Made by a program: the position numbers and the translations under genes. Positions 1-8,293 of a DNA stretch of 40,000 nucleotides are shown one piece after another. Each line of letters starts with the position of its first letter. Within the stretch, counting starts at the first letter, position 1. The stretch comes from Enterobacter phage vB_EhoM-IME523, in sequence record MN087708.1. One strand, 5' to 3'. A model generated the notes under the pieces. It saw only the letters and a list, made by a program, of their open reading frames with translations. It was not told the origin of the DNA and did no database searches.

Positions 1-479
1 TTGCCGTAATGATTCAACAACTGATAGATATGAACATAATTTTCATCTGCAAAGTCTTCGAACAATGAGATAACCTTATTGAAACCTTCTGCAGACAAAG
101 AAATCAAATCATCTTCAAAGTCTTCGGTCATTTCATTACGAGTCAGAATGATTGGCAGAACATTATTATGTGTACAAAGACGATGGAAGTCTTCTTCATA
201 CATATCAAGAATAGATTCTTTCTCTTGACGAATCATGCCATAAACCCAGTTTGAAATATAACCACGGTCTAACAGATAAATCTTAGACGGGTCCAGATAT
301 TTCAACATTGTTTCGAAACAAGCCACTTCATTTCGTGACTTGATATCAAACCGTCCTTCAGAGGTACGTTTTGGGAATTCAATCTTCACATAACGGTCTG
401 AGATTTCACAGATATCACGAATAAGAGATGTTTTACCGGCGTTATCTGCGCCATCGACTAAAATAATTTTGGTTTTCAT
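1..479 (-). CDS. P-loop (deoxy)nucleotide kinase, thymidylate-kinase-like (C-terminus runs off the window)
   Basis: Manual translation MKTKIILVDGADNAGKTSLIRDICEISDRYVKIEFPKRTSEG...IYLLDRGYISNWVYG; Walker A GADNAGKTS and DRG motif; start codon overlaps the stop of the upstream gene (ATGA). Confidence 0.75.
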   Translation of the reverse strand, partial: MKTKIILVDGADNAGKTSLIRDICEISDRYVKIEFPKRTSEGRFDIKSRNEVACFETMLKYLDPSKIYLLDRGYISNWVYGMIRQEKESILDMYEEDFHRLCTHNNVLPIILTRNEMTEDFEDDLISLSAEGFNKVISLFEDFADENYVHIYQLLNHYG

Positions 480-1375
480 TCGTTAATTACCACGTCACTA
501 TACATAGGAATATTATATGGTGAAGAAATGAAAGCACCAAAGTAAATGAATTCAGCTAAACCAGGATGGAATACCTTTTCAGGGTTTTCGAAATACTGGA
601 TATGTGGTCTGCCTTTCAGTACTTGATAATATTCCGCTTTAGACAGTTTAGTCAAACGAATCACAGCTTCTTCTGGATAATGAGATCGGTCAAAACTATC
701 ATTTGGATCGGTGATATAAACCGGTTGCTGAGTTTGAATTGCACATTCAACAACTTGGTTAAAACGATAACACTGGTCACTGATACGGAATGGATGGAAG
801 ATGCCATTCACATGTATCGCTTCAAGACCCGCAGCGTAGCGCTCGATAACGCTAGGACGCACGACCTTCTGGTCTACGATAATCTTATAGTCATCAGCCC
901 CGTGTTTAACCAGGACGTCCTTCTGACACTGATTCAATACTGTCGTATACTTACTACGATTTACTGATGCAACATCTTCTTCAATGAATTGGTCGATATA
1001 GAAAAGAGGCTTTTCTGGGTTCATTGTGATGTTAAAGTTGAACCATACCGGATGACGACCCTTATAACCTGTGATATCTGTTACAAGACCAACAACATCA
1101 TAATATTCTACTAACGAGTCAACAACCCATTGGTTTTCTTCCCAGAAATGTTTACGAGTTTCGAAAGCATTTTCTTTATACCACAGCGGGACAAATTCGA
1201 ACTCAGGGAACAATTCACGAAGTTCATCTGCATCAGAAGCATTTTTAGGAATAGCGATAATATCGCCAGCACGAGCACGGTTCAAATGAAGCTGAAGATT
1301 GCCGTCCTTCAGAACGGCATATTCACCAGTTTCATGAGACCGCATACTATAAATTGGTACGCGGAGATGAGGCAT
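476..1375 (-). CDS. Candidate DNA hydroxymethylcytosine glycosyltransferase (possible arabinosyltransferase), 299 aa
   Basis: Complete ORF coupled to gp42 by TAATG overlap; C-terminal stretch HPFRISDQCYRFNQVVECAIQTQQPVYITDPNDS looks GT-B-like; located in the T4 beta-gt neighbourhood beside sugar-activation genes. Function inferred mostly from context. Confidence 0.5.
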   Translation of the reverse strand: MPHLRVPIYSMRSHETGEYAVLKDGNLQLHLNRARAGDIIAIPKNASDADELRELFPEFEFVPLWYKENAFETRKHFWEENQWVVDSLVEYYDVVGLVTDITGYKGRHPVWFNFNITMNPEKPLFYIDQFIEEDVASVNRSKYTTVLNQCQKDVLVKHGADDYKIIVDQKVVRPSVIERYAAGLEAIHVNGIFHPFRISDQCYRFNQVVECAIQTQQPVYITDPNDSFDRSHYPEEAVIRLTKLSKAEYYQVLKGRPHIQYFENPEKVFHPGLAEFIYFGAFISSPYNIPMYSDVVINE

Positions 1376-2064
1376 TAGATAAAACCTTTCACATAATCAA
1401 AGTCACGCTCAAATACATGAGCACTCACCATGGTGTGGGTATAATCACCCAGTTCAACACCACATTCTTTTGCAATGAATTCCATCAGTTTGCCTTGCAG
1501 ATAGAAGTCCAGCTGCATTACAATAGCACAGTTTTGTGAACGCATATGACAATGCGTATAAAGCTTACCTTCACGGATATAATACGTTACCGAGTCTGTA
1601 CAAGGGTATTCAAGGGACTCGTCGCTATCCAAGAGCGCTTGGTCTTGTTCTTGAAGAATCTGGAACACAACTCGACGGGAATTAGGCTTCTCTTTGAGTT
1701 CTTTAAGAAGAGCTGGGAGTTGCGCAACAATTCGTGGCCCGTAGAAAGTGTTAAAGTTCGCCGGCAAGACATCGCTTTTTGGTTTGGCAATGAACTTAGC
1801 AACATTTGGGTATTCCTTAAATGCTTCTTCAGCGTCAGTACCACCTGAAATCATGAACTGCCAGAATGCTTCAGCATATTCATAACTAATACGGTTGATA
1901 CGTTCGTCTTTGAATTTATAAGTGGATGGGTCTAATACACGAAGGGTCATTGAACCAATTTCATTACAACGACCAATACGAGATTCAATTTCAAAATCAG
2001 GCTGTTCAAGAATCTTTTCGTTGGCCTGTTTAAACGCGCTTTCAAAAGTAGAGCAAACAATCAT
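1375..2064 (-). CDS. 42: Deoxycytidylate 5-hydroxymethyltransferase (thymidylate synthase fold)
   Basis: SRRVVFQI...YPCTDS...HMRSQNCAIVMQLDFYLQGKLMEFIAKECGVELGDYTHTMVSAHVF aligns without gaps to thymidylate synthase [20 protein letters not shown]...GDFVWTGGDTHLY, with Asp at the TS Asn position (dCMP specificity). Start set at MIVCSTF with an AGAGGT SD. Confidence 0.88.
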   Translation of the reverse strand: MIVCSTFESAFKQANEKILEQPDFEIESRIGRCNEIGSMTLRVLDPSTYKFKDERINRISYEYAEAFWQFMISGGTDAEEAFKEYPNVAKFIAKPKSDVLPANFNTFYGPRIVAQLPALLKELKEKPNSRRVVFQILQEQDQALLDSDESLEYPCTDSVTYYIREGKLYTHCHMRSQNCAIVMQLDFYLQGKLMEFIAKECGVELGDYTHTMVSAHVFERDFDYVKGFI

Positions 2065-2065
2065 T

Positions 2066-2431
2066 TTATACCTCTGGAATATATGGTTCGGCTTTATGCA
2101 ACAAATTGTTTTGCATAAGCATTTTGAATGTCGCAGGTGACATTGCCTTATCATCAATAATCCAATCATATCTTGGTTTATGAGTCAGCAATTCATGATA
2201 CTTCAGTCCAATCTTTTCCAGATTCTTAAGAAGTGGTGGTAATATTTCCGAAGCGATTCGGTCAGGTCCAACACTTTCCATACCACGAGAAGTGTACAGA
2301 ACAATTGTATTACCTTCGTCATACAGCTTATTAATCATGGACACCATTTCGGTGTCCGGTACGAAGTTTTCGTAATCACGGCCATTATCCCAGACCGTGA
2401 TAGTATTATCAATATCAAAACATAAACGCAT
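2066..2431 (-). CDS. HAD-superfamily phosphatase, about 121 aa
   Basis: MRLCFDIDNTITVW...NTIVLYTSRGM...HKPRYDWIIDDKA; DxDxT and TSR motifs; start overlaps the preceding stop (TAATG). Confidence 0.8.
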   Translation of the reverse strand: MRLCFDIDNTITVWDNGRDYENFVPDTEMVSMINKLYDEGNTIVLYTSRGMESVGPDRIASEILPPLLKNLEKIGLKYHELLTHKPRYDWIIDDKAMSPATFKMLMQNNLLHKAEPYIPEV

Positions 2432-4119
2432 TATCGAATTCGTTCCCATTGATGAGTGATATCGCCACCGATTGGTTTGTAGACTGCACCGGTTTCTTTA
2501 TCAATAAGTTCCCACTTATCACTGTTCTTTGTGATAAGAGTTGCCGTGATAGCTTCTGGCAGGTCTTTAGCGACCGTACCATCTTTTAACATACGACCCA
2601 TTTTACGTAACTGTTTAGTCAGCAGATACATGCCATAGTAATATGATGAAACAGCTTTCAATGGATTGTTCTTGAAATAGCCACCGAGAGCAATCCAGAT
2701 AATCGCTACAGCCAGATGGTGGTGTTCGTTGAACGTGTCCATCTTTTCATATTTGTAGATTAATGGCTCGATATTAACATAAGCCTTTTCGCCTTCAATA
2801 TTCAAACCACCCCACAGGGCATCGGCATTGAATTCATCATAACCGCTTACGGCATATAATACTTTTGCTTCATCATAAAGACGAGGACCATAAATCTTCG
2901 TGTTACCGAAATAGCCGCGAGGGTCAATAAATTTAATATCACCATCGGTAAACGTAATCATCGTGTTACTGAAGTTAGGGTCGCCATGAATAACATGATA
3001 ACGTTTAGAATATTGATAACGAACAAGATGGTTCAACGCCTGTTTCAACATTGGCACTAAACGACCGATTTTAATACCATTCACATAGGTAATCTTACCA
3101 AATGAATCAATCACTGGCTGAATACTTGCACAACGGTCGATAACTTTATCATGGAATTCTTTCTTGAAATCGGCTTCTATTTCTTTACGGTCGACACTCT
3201 TACTCATTGCATCTTCAAAACGAAGAGCATCAAGAATTTTATCAATCATTGTGATGCGAGCATTTGATTTCAATGTTTTGATATGCTCAAACATTGGCAG
3301 ACCATGAATTCGTTCCATTTCAAATTCGCCAGCTTCTTTATTATAGTTAACGATTTGAGGAATTGAATTCGAATGAACAGAATAATACCACTTGACTTCA
3401 TCTTCTTGAAGTTTACGACCTTGTTCTGTTATCGCAATTTTAGTTACAGTATCTTCATTAATTTCTACTGAATTAAAACTACGGTTCAGTTCACGGTCCG
3501 CATGAGCATTAGCCAGTTTAGGCTTATCGCCAAGGTCGATGATATTCATCAATTCGGATTGAACGAAACTTTCACCATATAAGAAATCTACGAAGTCTTG
3601 GCCATTACACCATTCATTCATTTCTTCGGTGGTTTCACCCATATAAAATTCCCAGTCAGCCAACTGGTAAATACCTACAACGTTGCCACCTGTTGCGCCA
3701 ACATTACTTATATAAGTTCCATCGAAATTATAACGACATTCATCGCCTTTCGTATAAATGGTATTTTGCCCCCATTTCCACGAACCAAAGTCAGGAATAA
3801 TATCACACCAGTTTACAACAACATTATGACCATCAAGCATTTTATGCATTGTAGCCATAGCATAAGCAGAACCGAATGCTTCATCTACAATATGAATAGT
3901 GATATTCAAACCTTCTTGTGCCGCATATGCTTTAACGGTTTCAACAAAACGAGATGCAACAACAACGATAATTTCTTCAGCGCCAAGGTCTGAATAGATC
4001 ATGTACAGATTTTTGAGAATGGTGTCTTGTTTATAGTTCACAAGCACTTTAGGGATATGATGGGTAATTGGATATAAACGAGTAGCCAACCCAGCTCCGA
4101 GAATAACAGCCTTTTTCAT
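2431..4119 (-). CDS. Fused sugar-1-phosphate nucleotidyltransferase and choline/aminoglycoside-kinase-like sugar kinase, 562 aa
   Basis: N-term MKKAVILGAGLATRLYPITHHIPKVLVNY (GxGxRxxPxTxxxPKxL signature); C-term HVIHGDPNFSNTMITFTDGDIKFIDPRGYFG (kinase catalytic loop). Start reset from the track ORF to 4119 with SD GAGG. Confidence 0.88.
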   Translation of the reverse strand: MKKAVILGAGLATRLYPITHHIPKVLVNYKQDTILKNLYMIYSDLGAEEIIVVVASRFVETVKAYAAQEGLNITIHIVDEAFGSAYAMATMHKMLDGHNVVVNWCDIIPDFGSWKWGQNTIYTKGDECRYNFDGTYISNVGATGGNVVGIYQLADWEFYMGETTEEMNEWCNGQDFVDFLYGESFVQSELMNIIDLGDKPKLANAHADRELNRSFNSVEINEDTVTKIAITEQGRKLQEDEVKWYYSVHSNSIPQIVNYNKEAGEFEMERIHGLPMFEHIKTLKSNARITMIDKILDALRFEDAMSKSVDRKEIEADFKKEFHDKVIDRCASIQPVIDSFGKITYVNGIKIGRLVPMLKQALNHLVRYQYSKRYHVIHGDPNFSNTMITFTDGDIKFIDPRGYFGNTKIYGPRLYDEAKVLYAVSGYDEFNADALWGGLNIEGEKAYVNIEPLIYKYEKMDTFNEHHHLAVAIIWIALGGYFKNNPLKAVSSYYYGMYLLTKQLRKMGRMLKDGTVAKDLPEAITATLITKNSDKWELIDKETGAVYKPIGGDITHQWERIR

Positions 4120-4147
4120 TTTGTGTTCCTCATTAAATGGTACATCC

Positions 4148-4172
4148 ATTGTACCATAATTTAATTGAAGCA
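4148..4172 (-). promoter_or_regulatory. Candidate MotA-dependent middle promoter for the nucleotidyltransferase/kinase gene
   Basis: Minus strand ATTGCTTCA - 12 nt - TACAAT. Confidence 0.5.
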
Positions 4173-4304
4173 ATTGTATTTGGCCTGGAGCCAGAGCATA
4201 CACCAACCTATGGCTAATGTAGGAATCATTAGAGGTACAGTGATAGACCAATAAATTGTTAGCCCGAAGAAGGCTAACAGAAGAAATCCGGCCAAGTATT
4301 TCAT
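4161..4304 (-). CDS. Small membrane protein, 47 aa (not in supplied track)
   Basis: Translation MKYLAGFLLLAFFGLTIYWSITVPLMIPTLAIGWCMLWLQAKYNCFN; ATG overlaps the stop of the upstream isomerase gene (TAATG), SD GAGG. Confidence 0.65.
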   Translation of the reverse strand: MKYLAGFLLLAFFGLTIYWSITVPLMIPTLAIGWCMLWLQAKYNCFN

Positions 4305-4930
4305 TATTCGCCTCGGAGTTGAGCGCCAAGTGCACCACCTGGATGGAAGCGCAGGAAGTCGTCAGGCGTAAAGTTACGTGCGGCTGAAAGGTTAATTGCA
4401 AAGGTGTCAATCAGAGCCAAGAGCAGCGTAGTAGACATCGTAGGCGCCAATTTATTATCATCGACTTCGATAGCCTTACCTGTACAGAAAGTGTAGTCGA
4501 ACATCTTCAGGATATCAGTACTCAGGTCTGGGTTACAATGAAGAAGAATCTGATTCACGCCAGGACGAATACCGCGCAGATGATTAACAACGCCTAACAT
4601 TTCTTCAGTCTTACCTGAACGAGAGATATGGACCAGCACATCATTAGGGCCGATGAAACCTGCATCACCATGAGAGTAATGACCTGTGTTCAGATACATA
4701 CTTGGAATGCCAAGCGAGGCCATTGTTTCTGAAGCCTTAGTGGCGATGTTAGCGTTTTTACCTACACCGGTAATAATTACACGACCTTCATAATCGGACA
4801 AACCAGGGACACTCAGGACACTCAGGATTTGTTGGTAGTTTTCATAATCAGAACTCACTGCAGAGGCTAGTTTATCTAAAGCAAGAGACTGAAGAAATAG
4901 TGCGTATTTTGCTCGTTCAATTGGATGCAT
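4304..4930 (-). CDS. SIS-domain sugar isomerase, KdsD/KpsF/GutQ (arabinose-5-phosphate isomerase) type without CBS domains
   Basis: VIITGVGKNANIATKASETMASLGIPSMYLN...HGDAGFIGPNDVLVHISRSGKTEEM and LAPTMSTTLLLALIDTFAINLSAARNFTPDDFLRFHPGGALGAQL, close to the E. coli KdsD motifs. Confidence 0.9.
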   Translation of the reverse strand: MHPIERAKYALFLQSLALDKLASAVSSDYENYQQILSVLSVPGLSDYEGRVIITGVGKNANIATKASETMASLGIPSMYLNTGHYSHGDAGFIGPNDVLVHISRSGKTEEMLGVVNHLRGIRPGVNQILLHCNPDLSTDILKMFDYTFCTGKAIEVDDNKLAPTMSTTLLLALIDTFAINLSAARNFTPDDFLRFHPGGALGAQLRGE

Positions 4931-5444
4931 TACGTTTTACCCTATTACATTCGTTTTCAGTTTTAAGAGCTTTGGACTGAAGCTTTGTGTAGCTCTTTTT
5001 CCAAAGGTCAAAAGCTGTACTATATTCATAAGATTTACGATAATCGCTTCGTGATGGACGTTTATCGATAAGTTTATTATATTCTTCTTTGAACTTGCCA
5101 TTGACAAAACGCTCACAATATTCTGCAATACGAGTGTTACGGTCAATTTCATTGTTCTTGGCTACAGCACGAAGATAATCTTCACGTGGCTGCGCATTAC
5201 GACGTTCTTCATCAAGCTTGGCTGCTAATTCGGCTTGGGCAGCACAGTTCTTACCACATTGGTTCGGGGTTCTGGTATACGTAAGGCCTGTACCATTACG
5301 CCATTGGACTTCACCTGTACGTGCATCAACTTCAGCCTGAGTTCTAATCTTTCCTACTTCGGACGCATTGTAGATAGGCCCTTGAGGCATCTGACAACCG
5401 GTCAGAAGAGTAGCAGCTGCTATTAAAGCAATTTTAAGTTTCAT
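4917..5444 (-). CDS. Predicted lipoprotein, 175 aa, early expressed
   Basis: MKLKIALIAAATLLTG|C signal peptide with lipobox; SD TGAGGA; early promoter directly upstream. Confidence 0.75.
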   Translation of the reverse strand: MKLKIALIAAATLLTGCQMPQGPIYNASEVGKIRTQAEVDARTGEVQWRNGTGLTYTRTPNQCGKNCAAQAELAAKLDEERRNAQPREDYLRAVAKNNEIDRNTRIAEYCERFVNGKFKEEYNKLIDKRPSRSDYRKSYEYSTAFDLWKKSYTKLQSKALKTENECNRVKRNASN

Positions 5445-5470
5445 TTTTAATCCTCAAAAAGTGTTAGGCC

Positions 5471-5500
5471 ATTTTATCACAGCCTAACACATTTGTAAAC
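5471..5500 (-). promoter_or_regulatory. Early promoter GTTTAC-N18-TAAAAT with flanking inverted repeat
   Basis: Inverted repeat GTGTTAGGC (5461-5469)/GCCTAACAC (5482-5490), -10 in loop, minus-strand T5 run after the stem. Confidence 0.7.
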
Positions 5501-8206
5501 TTAGAAATCGAACATATCAAACAGGCTTGCTTTCTTTTCATAGTCAATTTTAGCTGCATCAGTGAAAGCAGTTAAAGGTTTGACGAATGTTTTCTGGAAC
5601 AACGTGTTGTAGTCCATCCAAGCCAGAACCTGGTCACGAATCTGAATTGGCAGTTCAATTCCTGAAGGCCATGCAATAGACGTTTCACCAAATGGGTTAC
5701 CTTCACGAAGTGGAAGAGTATAAACCTTTTCACCGTCTACAATTTGTGGAACGGTTAGGTCGCCTTTGGTTGCACGCATATAAGCCAGAACACCTTTGAT
5801 ATGGCCAGGGCATTTATAGCCTGGGAAACCATTATCATTATACTTCTGAATGTTGTTCGCTGAAGATACACCTGCAATGCTGATATAATTCAGTTCATTG
5901 AATTCTTTGTTGAACTCTTTGAAATATTCTTGCAGACTTCCTTCACCTTCTTGAAGCATACGACGAATACATTCTTTCAGTGCTTTCTGAACAGCTTTTG
6001 GAGTACTTGATTTCTGAGTTTCAAGACCCATGATTTTCAGTTTTGGTTCAACGAAACGAGTACCTTCCATGTCCCATACGTTCAGGGCATATCGTTTCTT
6101 GCCGGTCCAGAAACCACCAATACCATCAGAACCAAGTGGTGGTCCTGCGATAGCTTCTCGGTCCATGAACATTAAGTGTTCTCGGTTGTTCATATATTCA
6201 CACATTTCACGGAAGCCAGCATCAATAGCAGGTTCCATACGTTCACGTGCAAACTTATCTAAGAAGTCGACATAATGGTTCGTGTCGCGGAATTTTTCCA
6301 TTCCTACTTTCTCAAGGATTTTATCTGCCTTCACATAAATGGAGTCAGTATCACCGTAAAGTACGAATGCTTCATTTTCGGTACCAAGAGTTTTATTCAG
6401 ATATTCGTTAACCTTACGTTCAATCCATTGCAATGCCATCTGACCAAAGGTTGTGATAGCCGTAGCATTTCGAAGGTCATAATAACGGAACCATACGTTA
6501 CCAAGTGCACCATAAAGTGAGTTGATAAGCAATTTACGGTTAATCTGAGCAGTGTTACCTGCAACTTCGCAACGTTCAGCTTTGAACAACATTGATTCTA
6601 ATGCTTTCTGACTTAATTCGTGAAGTTTAGATTTAACTTCATCATTGAAGTCGAAACGGTAATCAACTTCGAATTCAGGCTTATCACCTTTAGTCATTTT
6701 CTTAGCTTCTTTAATCAGCTCTTGGTTACGCTGAGCAGCCAGCATATAACCTTTATGTTCTTTACGCTGTTTAAAGACCTTAGTGATTTCGACCGGAACT
6801 ACACCTTGGAAGCTCTTATCATACATCATACCATTCGGAGAACATGAATATACATCAGATGGACGTGGAGCTGTACCAGCAATGTATTCGGCCAATGGAT
6901 GTACTTTAAACTGTCCTACTAATGTTTCTGGGCTGATATTAACTTGACGAATGATACTTGGGTACAGAGATGTCAAGTCAAAGCTCATTACATATTTGTA
7001 AGCGTTCGGAATCGGTTCTTTAACAAATGCACCAGGATAAGGCAGAACTGGGTGTGACTGCATTTGTGGAATAACTTTCTTCTGGTCTTTAAGTGAGTTA
7101 AAAATGATTGCGTCCCATGTTTTGATAGGACTAAACACAGATTGAATCTGCATTTTAGCATAATAACCCATTGACAAGCTCAGGTTAATGAACTGCCGTT
7201 TCATATCAATTTGAATAACACGATAAACGTCGATAATGTTATAACTGATATAACGTTGGTGGTTAGTTTCACGCAACTTAGAAATAGGACCATCATATGG
7301 CAGTTTACCGACCTTCAATTCAAATTCAGAGACATAGTCTAAAGAATAAGATGGCTGATTGGTGAAACTAAATTTCTTGTACAGGTCAATATAATCCAGC
7401 ATACTGATACCGTACAGTTGAATAATCTGACGGGCACCACCATACATACTTTCAACTTCTTTAATACGAACACGACGGTGAGGAGACAGACGTTTAGCAG
7501 TCTTTTCACTGAAGATATTCTTCAAACGGTTATACACGTACGGCACGTCAAATGCCTCAACGTTCCAACCAGTTAAAACAACAGGAGTTTTCTGTTCCCA
7601 AAGGTTCAGATATTCCAGAAGAAGTTCCTTTTCATCATCGAATGGCATGTAGACAATTTTGTCTGCGATTTCTTCAGGCAGTGCATCACCACCTTCTTCT
7701 TCAAGTTTACGAGCCAGTTTCAATGACCATTCTTTGACATTACCGTATGGACCACCTAAAAGGTCAAACACATAGAACTTATCATCGATAGAATCATAAT
7801 GGGTAATCGCATCGATTGGATGCTTAGCTTCAGCCGGTTCAGGGAACCCATCAGGAGATGTTACCTCGATGTCAAAGTTTGCTACACGAATTTTAGTCTG
7901 GTCGTAATGGATTTCACCACGATAAGTGTCGCTGATATAAGCCAACTTATAATCGTCCATGCCTAGTGCTTCAAGACCCATGTCGTCCATACGACGCATC
8001 CAATCTTTAGCATCACGCATACCAGGGAAAGTTTTCTTGACACAATACTTGCCATAGATATCTTTATATTCTGTAGGCTCATTAGAGTGCATGAACATAC
8101 ATGGAGCATAAGTTACTTCACGAACTTGTTCTTGACCATTACTATCGATATAACGTTCGAAGATACTGTCACCGAATTGTTCGACTGTCAAATAAAATTC
8201 TTGCAT
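5501..8206 (-). CDS. 43: T4-type DNA polymerase, family B, 901 aa
   Basis: FDIEVTSPDGFP exonuclease motif, SLYPSIIRQ, KLLINSLYGALGNVWFRYYD, YGDTDSIY; gene order 43-regA-62-44-45. Confidence 0.98.
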   Translation of the reverse strand: MQEFYLTVEQFGDSIFERYIDSNGQEQVREVTYAPCMFMHSNEPTEYKDIYGKYCVKKTFPGMRDAKDWMRRMDDMGLEALGMDDYKLAYISDTYRGEIHYDQTKIRVANFDIEVTSPDGFPEPAEAKHPIDAITHYDSIDDKFYVFDLLGGPYGNVKEWSLKLARKLEEEGGDALPEEIADKIVYMPFDDEKELLLEYLNLWEQKTPVVLTGWNVEAFDVPYVYNRLKNIFSEKTAKRLSPHRRVRIKEVESMYGGARQIIQLYGISMLDYIDLYKKFSFTNQPSYSLDYVSEFELKVGKLPYDGPISKLRETNHQRYISYNIIDVYRVIQIDMKRQFINLSLSMGYYAKMQIQSVFSPIKTWDAIIFNSLKDQKKVIPQMQSHPVLPYPGAFVKEPIPNAYKYVMSFDLTSLYPSIIRQVNISPETLVGQFKVHPLAEYIAGTAPRPSDVYSCSPNGMMYDKSFQGVVPVEITKVFKQRKEHKGYMLAAQRNQELIKEAKKMTKGDKPEFEVDYRFDFNDEVKSKLHELSQKALESMLFKAERCEVAGNTAQINRKLLINSLYGALGNVWFRYYDLRNATAITTFGQMALQWIERKVNEYLNKTLGTENEAFVLYGDTDSIYVKADKILEKVGMEKFRDTNHYVDFLDKFARERMEPAIDAGFREMCEYMNNREHLMFMDREAIAGPPLGSDGIGGFWTGKKRYALNVWDMEGTRFVEPKLKIMGLETQKSSTPKAVQKALKECIRRMLQEGEGSLQEYFKEFNKEFNELNYISIAGVSSANNIQKYNDNGFPGYKCPGHIKGVLAYMRATKGDLTVPQIVDGEKVYTLPLREGNPFGETSIAWPSGIELPIQIRDQVLAWMDYNTLFQKTFVKPLTAFTDAAKIDYEKKASLFDMFDF

Positions 8207-8270
8207 TGTTTTTCCTTTTGGTTTATAGTCCGAGTGATTGGACTGTTGGTACTGCCATTATACTCCGAAA

Positions 8271-8288
8271 AGGAGCCCGTAGGCTCCT
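8271..8288 (-). terminator. Stem-loop terminator between the 72-aa ORF and gene 43
   Basis: AGGAGCC-TACG-GGCTCCT on the minus strand followed by TTTTC. Confidence 0.65.
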
Positions 8289-8293
8289 GTTGC

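Noticed and set aside
1587-1844. Minus-strand ORF of 85 aa
   Set aside because: Overlaps gp42 in another frame.
4257-4280. Hairpin GTTAGCC-N7-GGCTAAC as a terminator after the isomerase gene
   Set aside because: It lies within a plausible 47-aa coding frame and has no U run; may be incidental.
4120-4410. N-terminal extension of the 659-aa ORF
   Set aside because: The motif-bearing protein starts at 4119 (MKKAVILGAG) after a GAGG SD; the extension is out of frame with the coupled 47-aa ORF and isomerase.
4937-5152. Minus-strand ORF of 71 aa
   Set aside because: Completely inside the lipoprotein gene in another frame.
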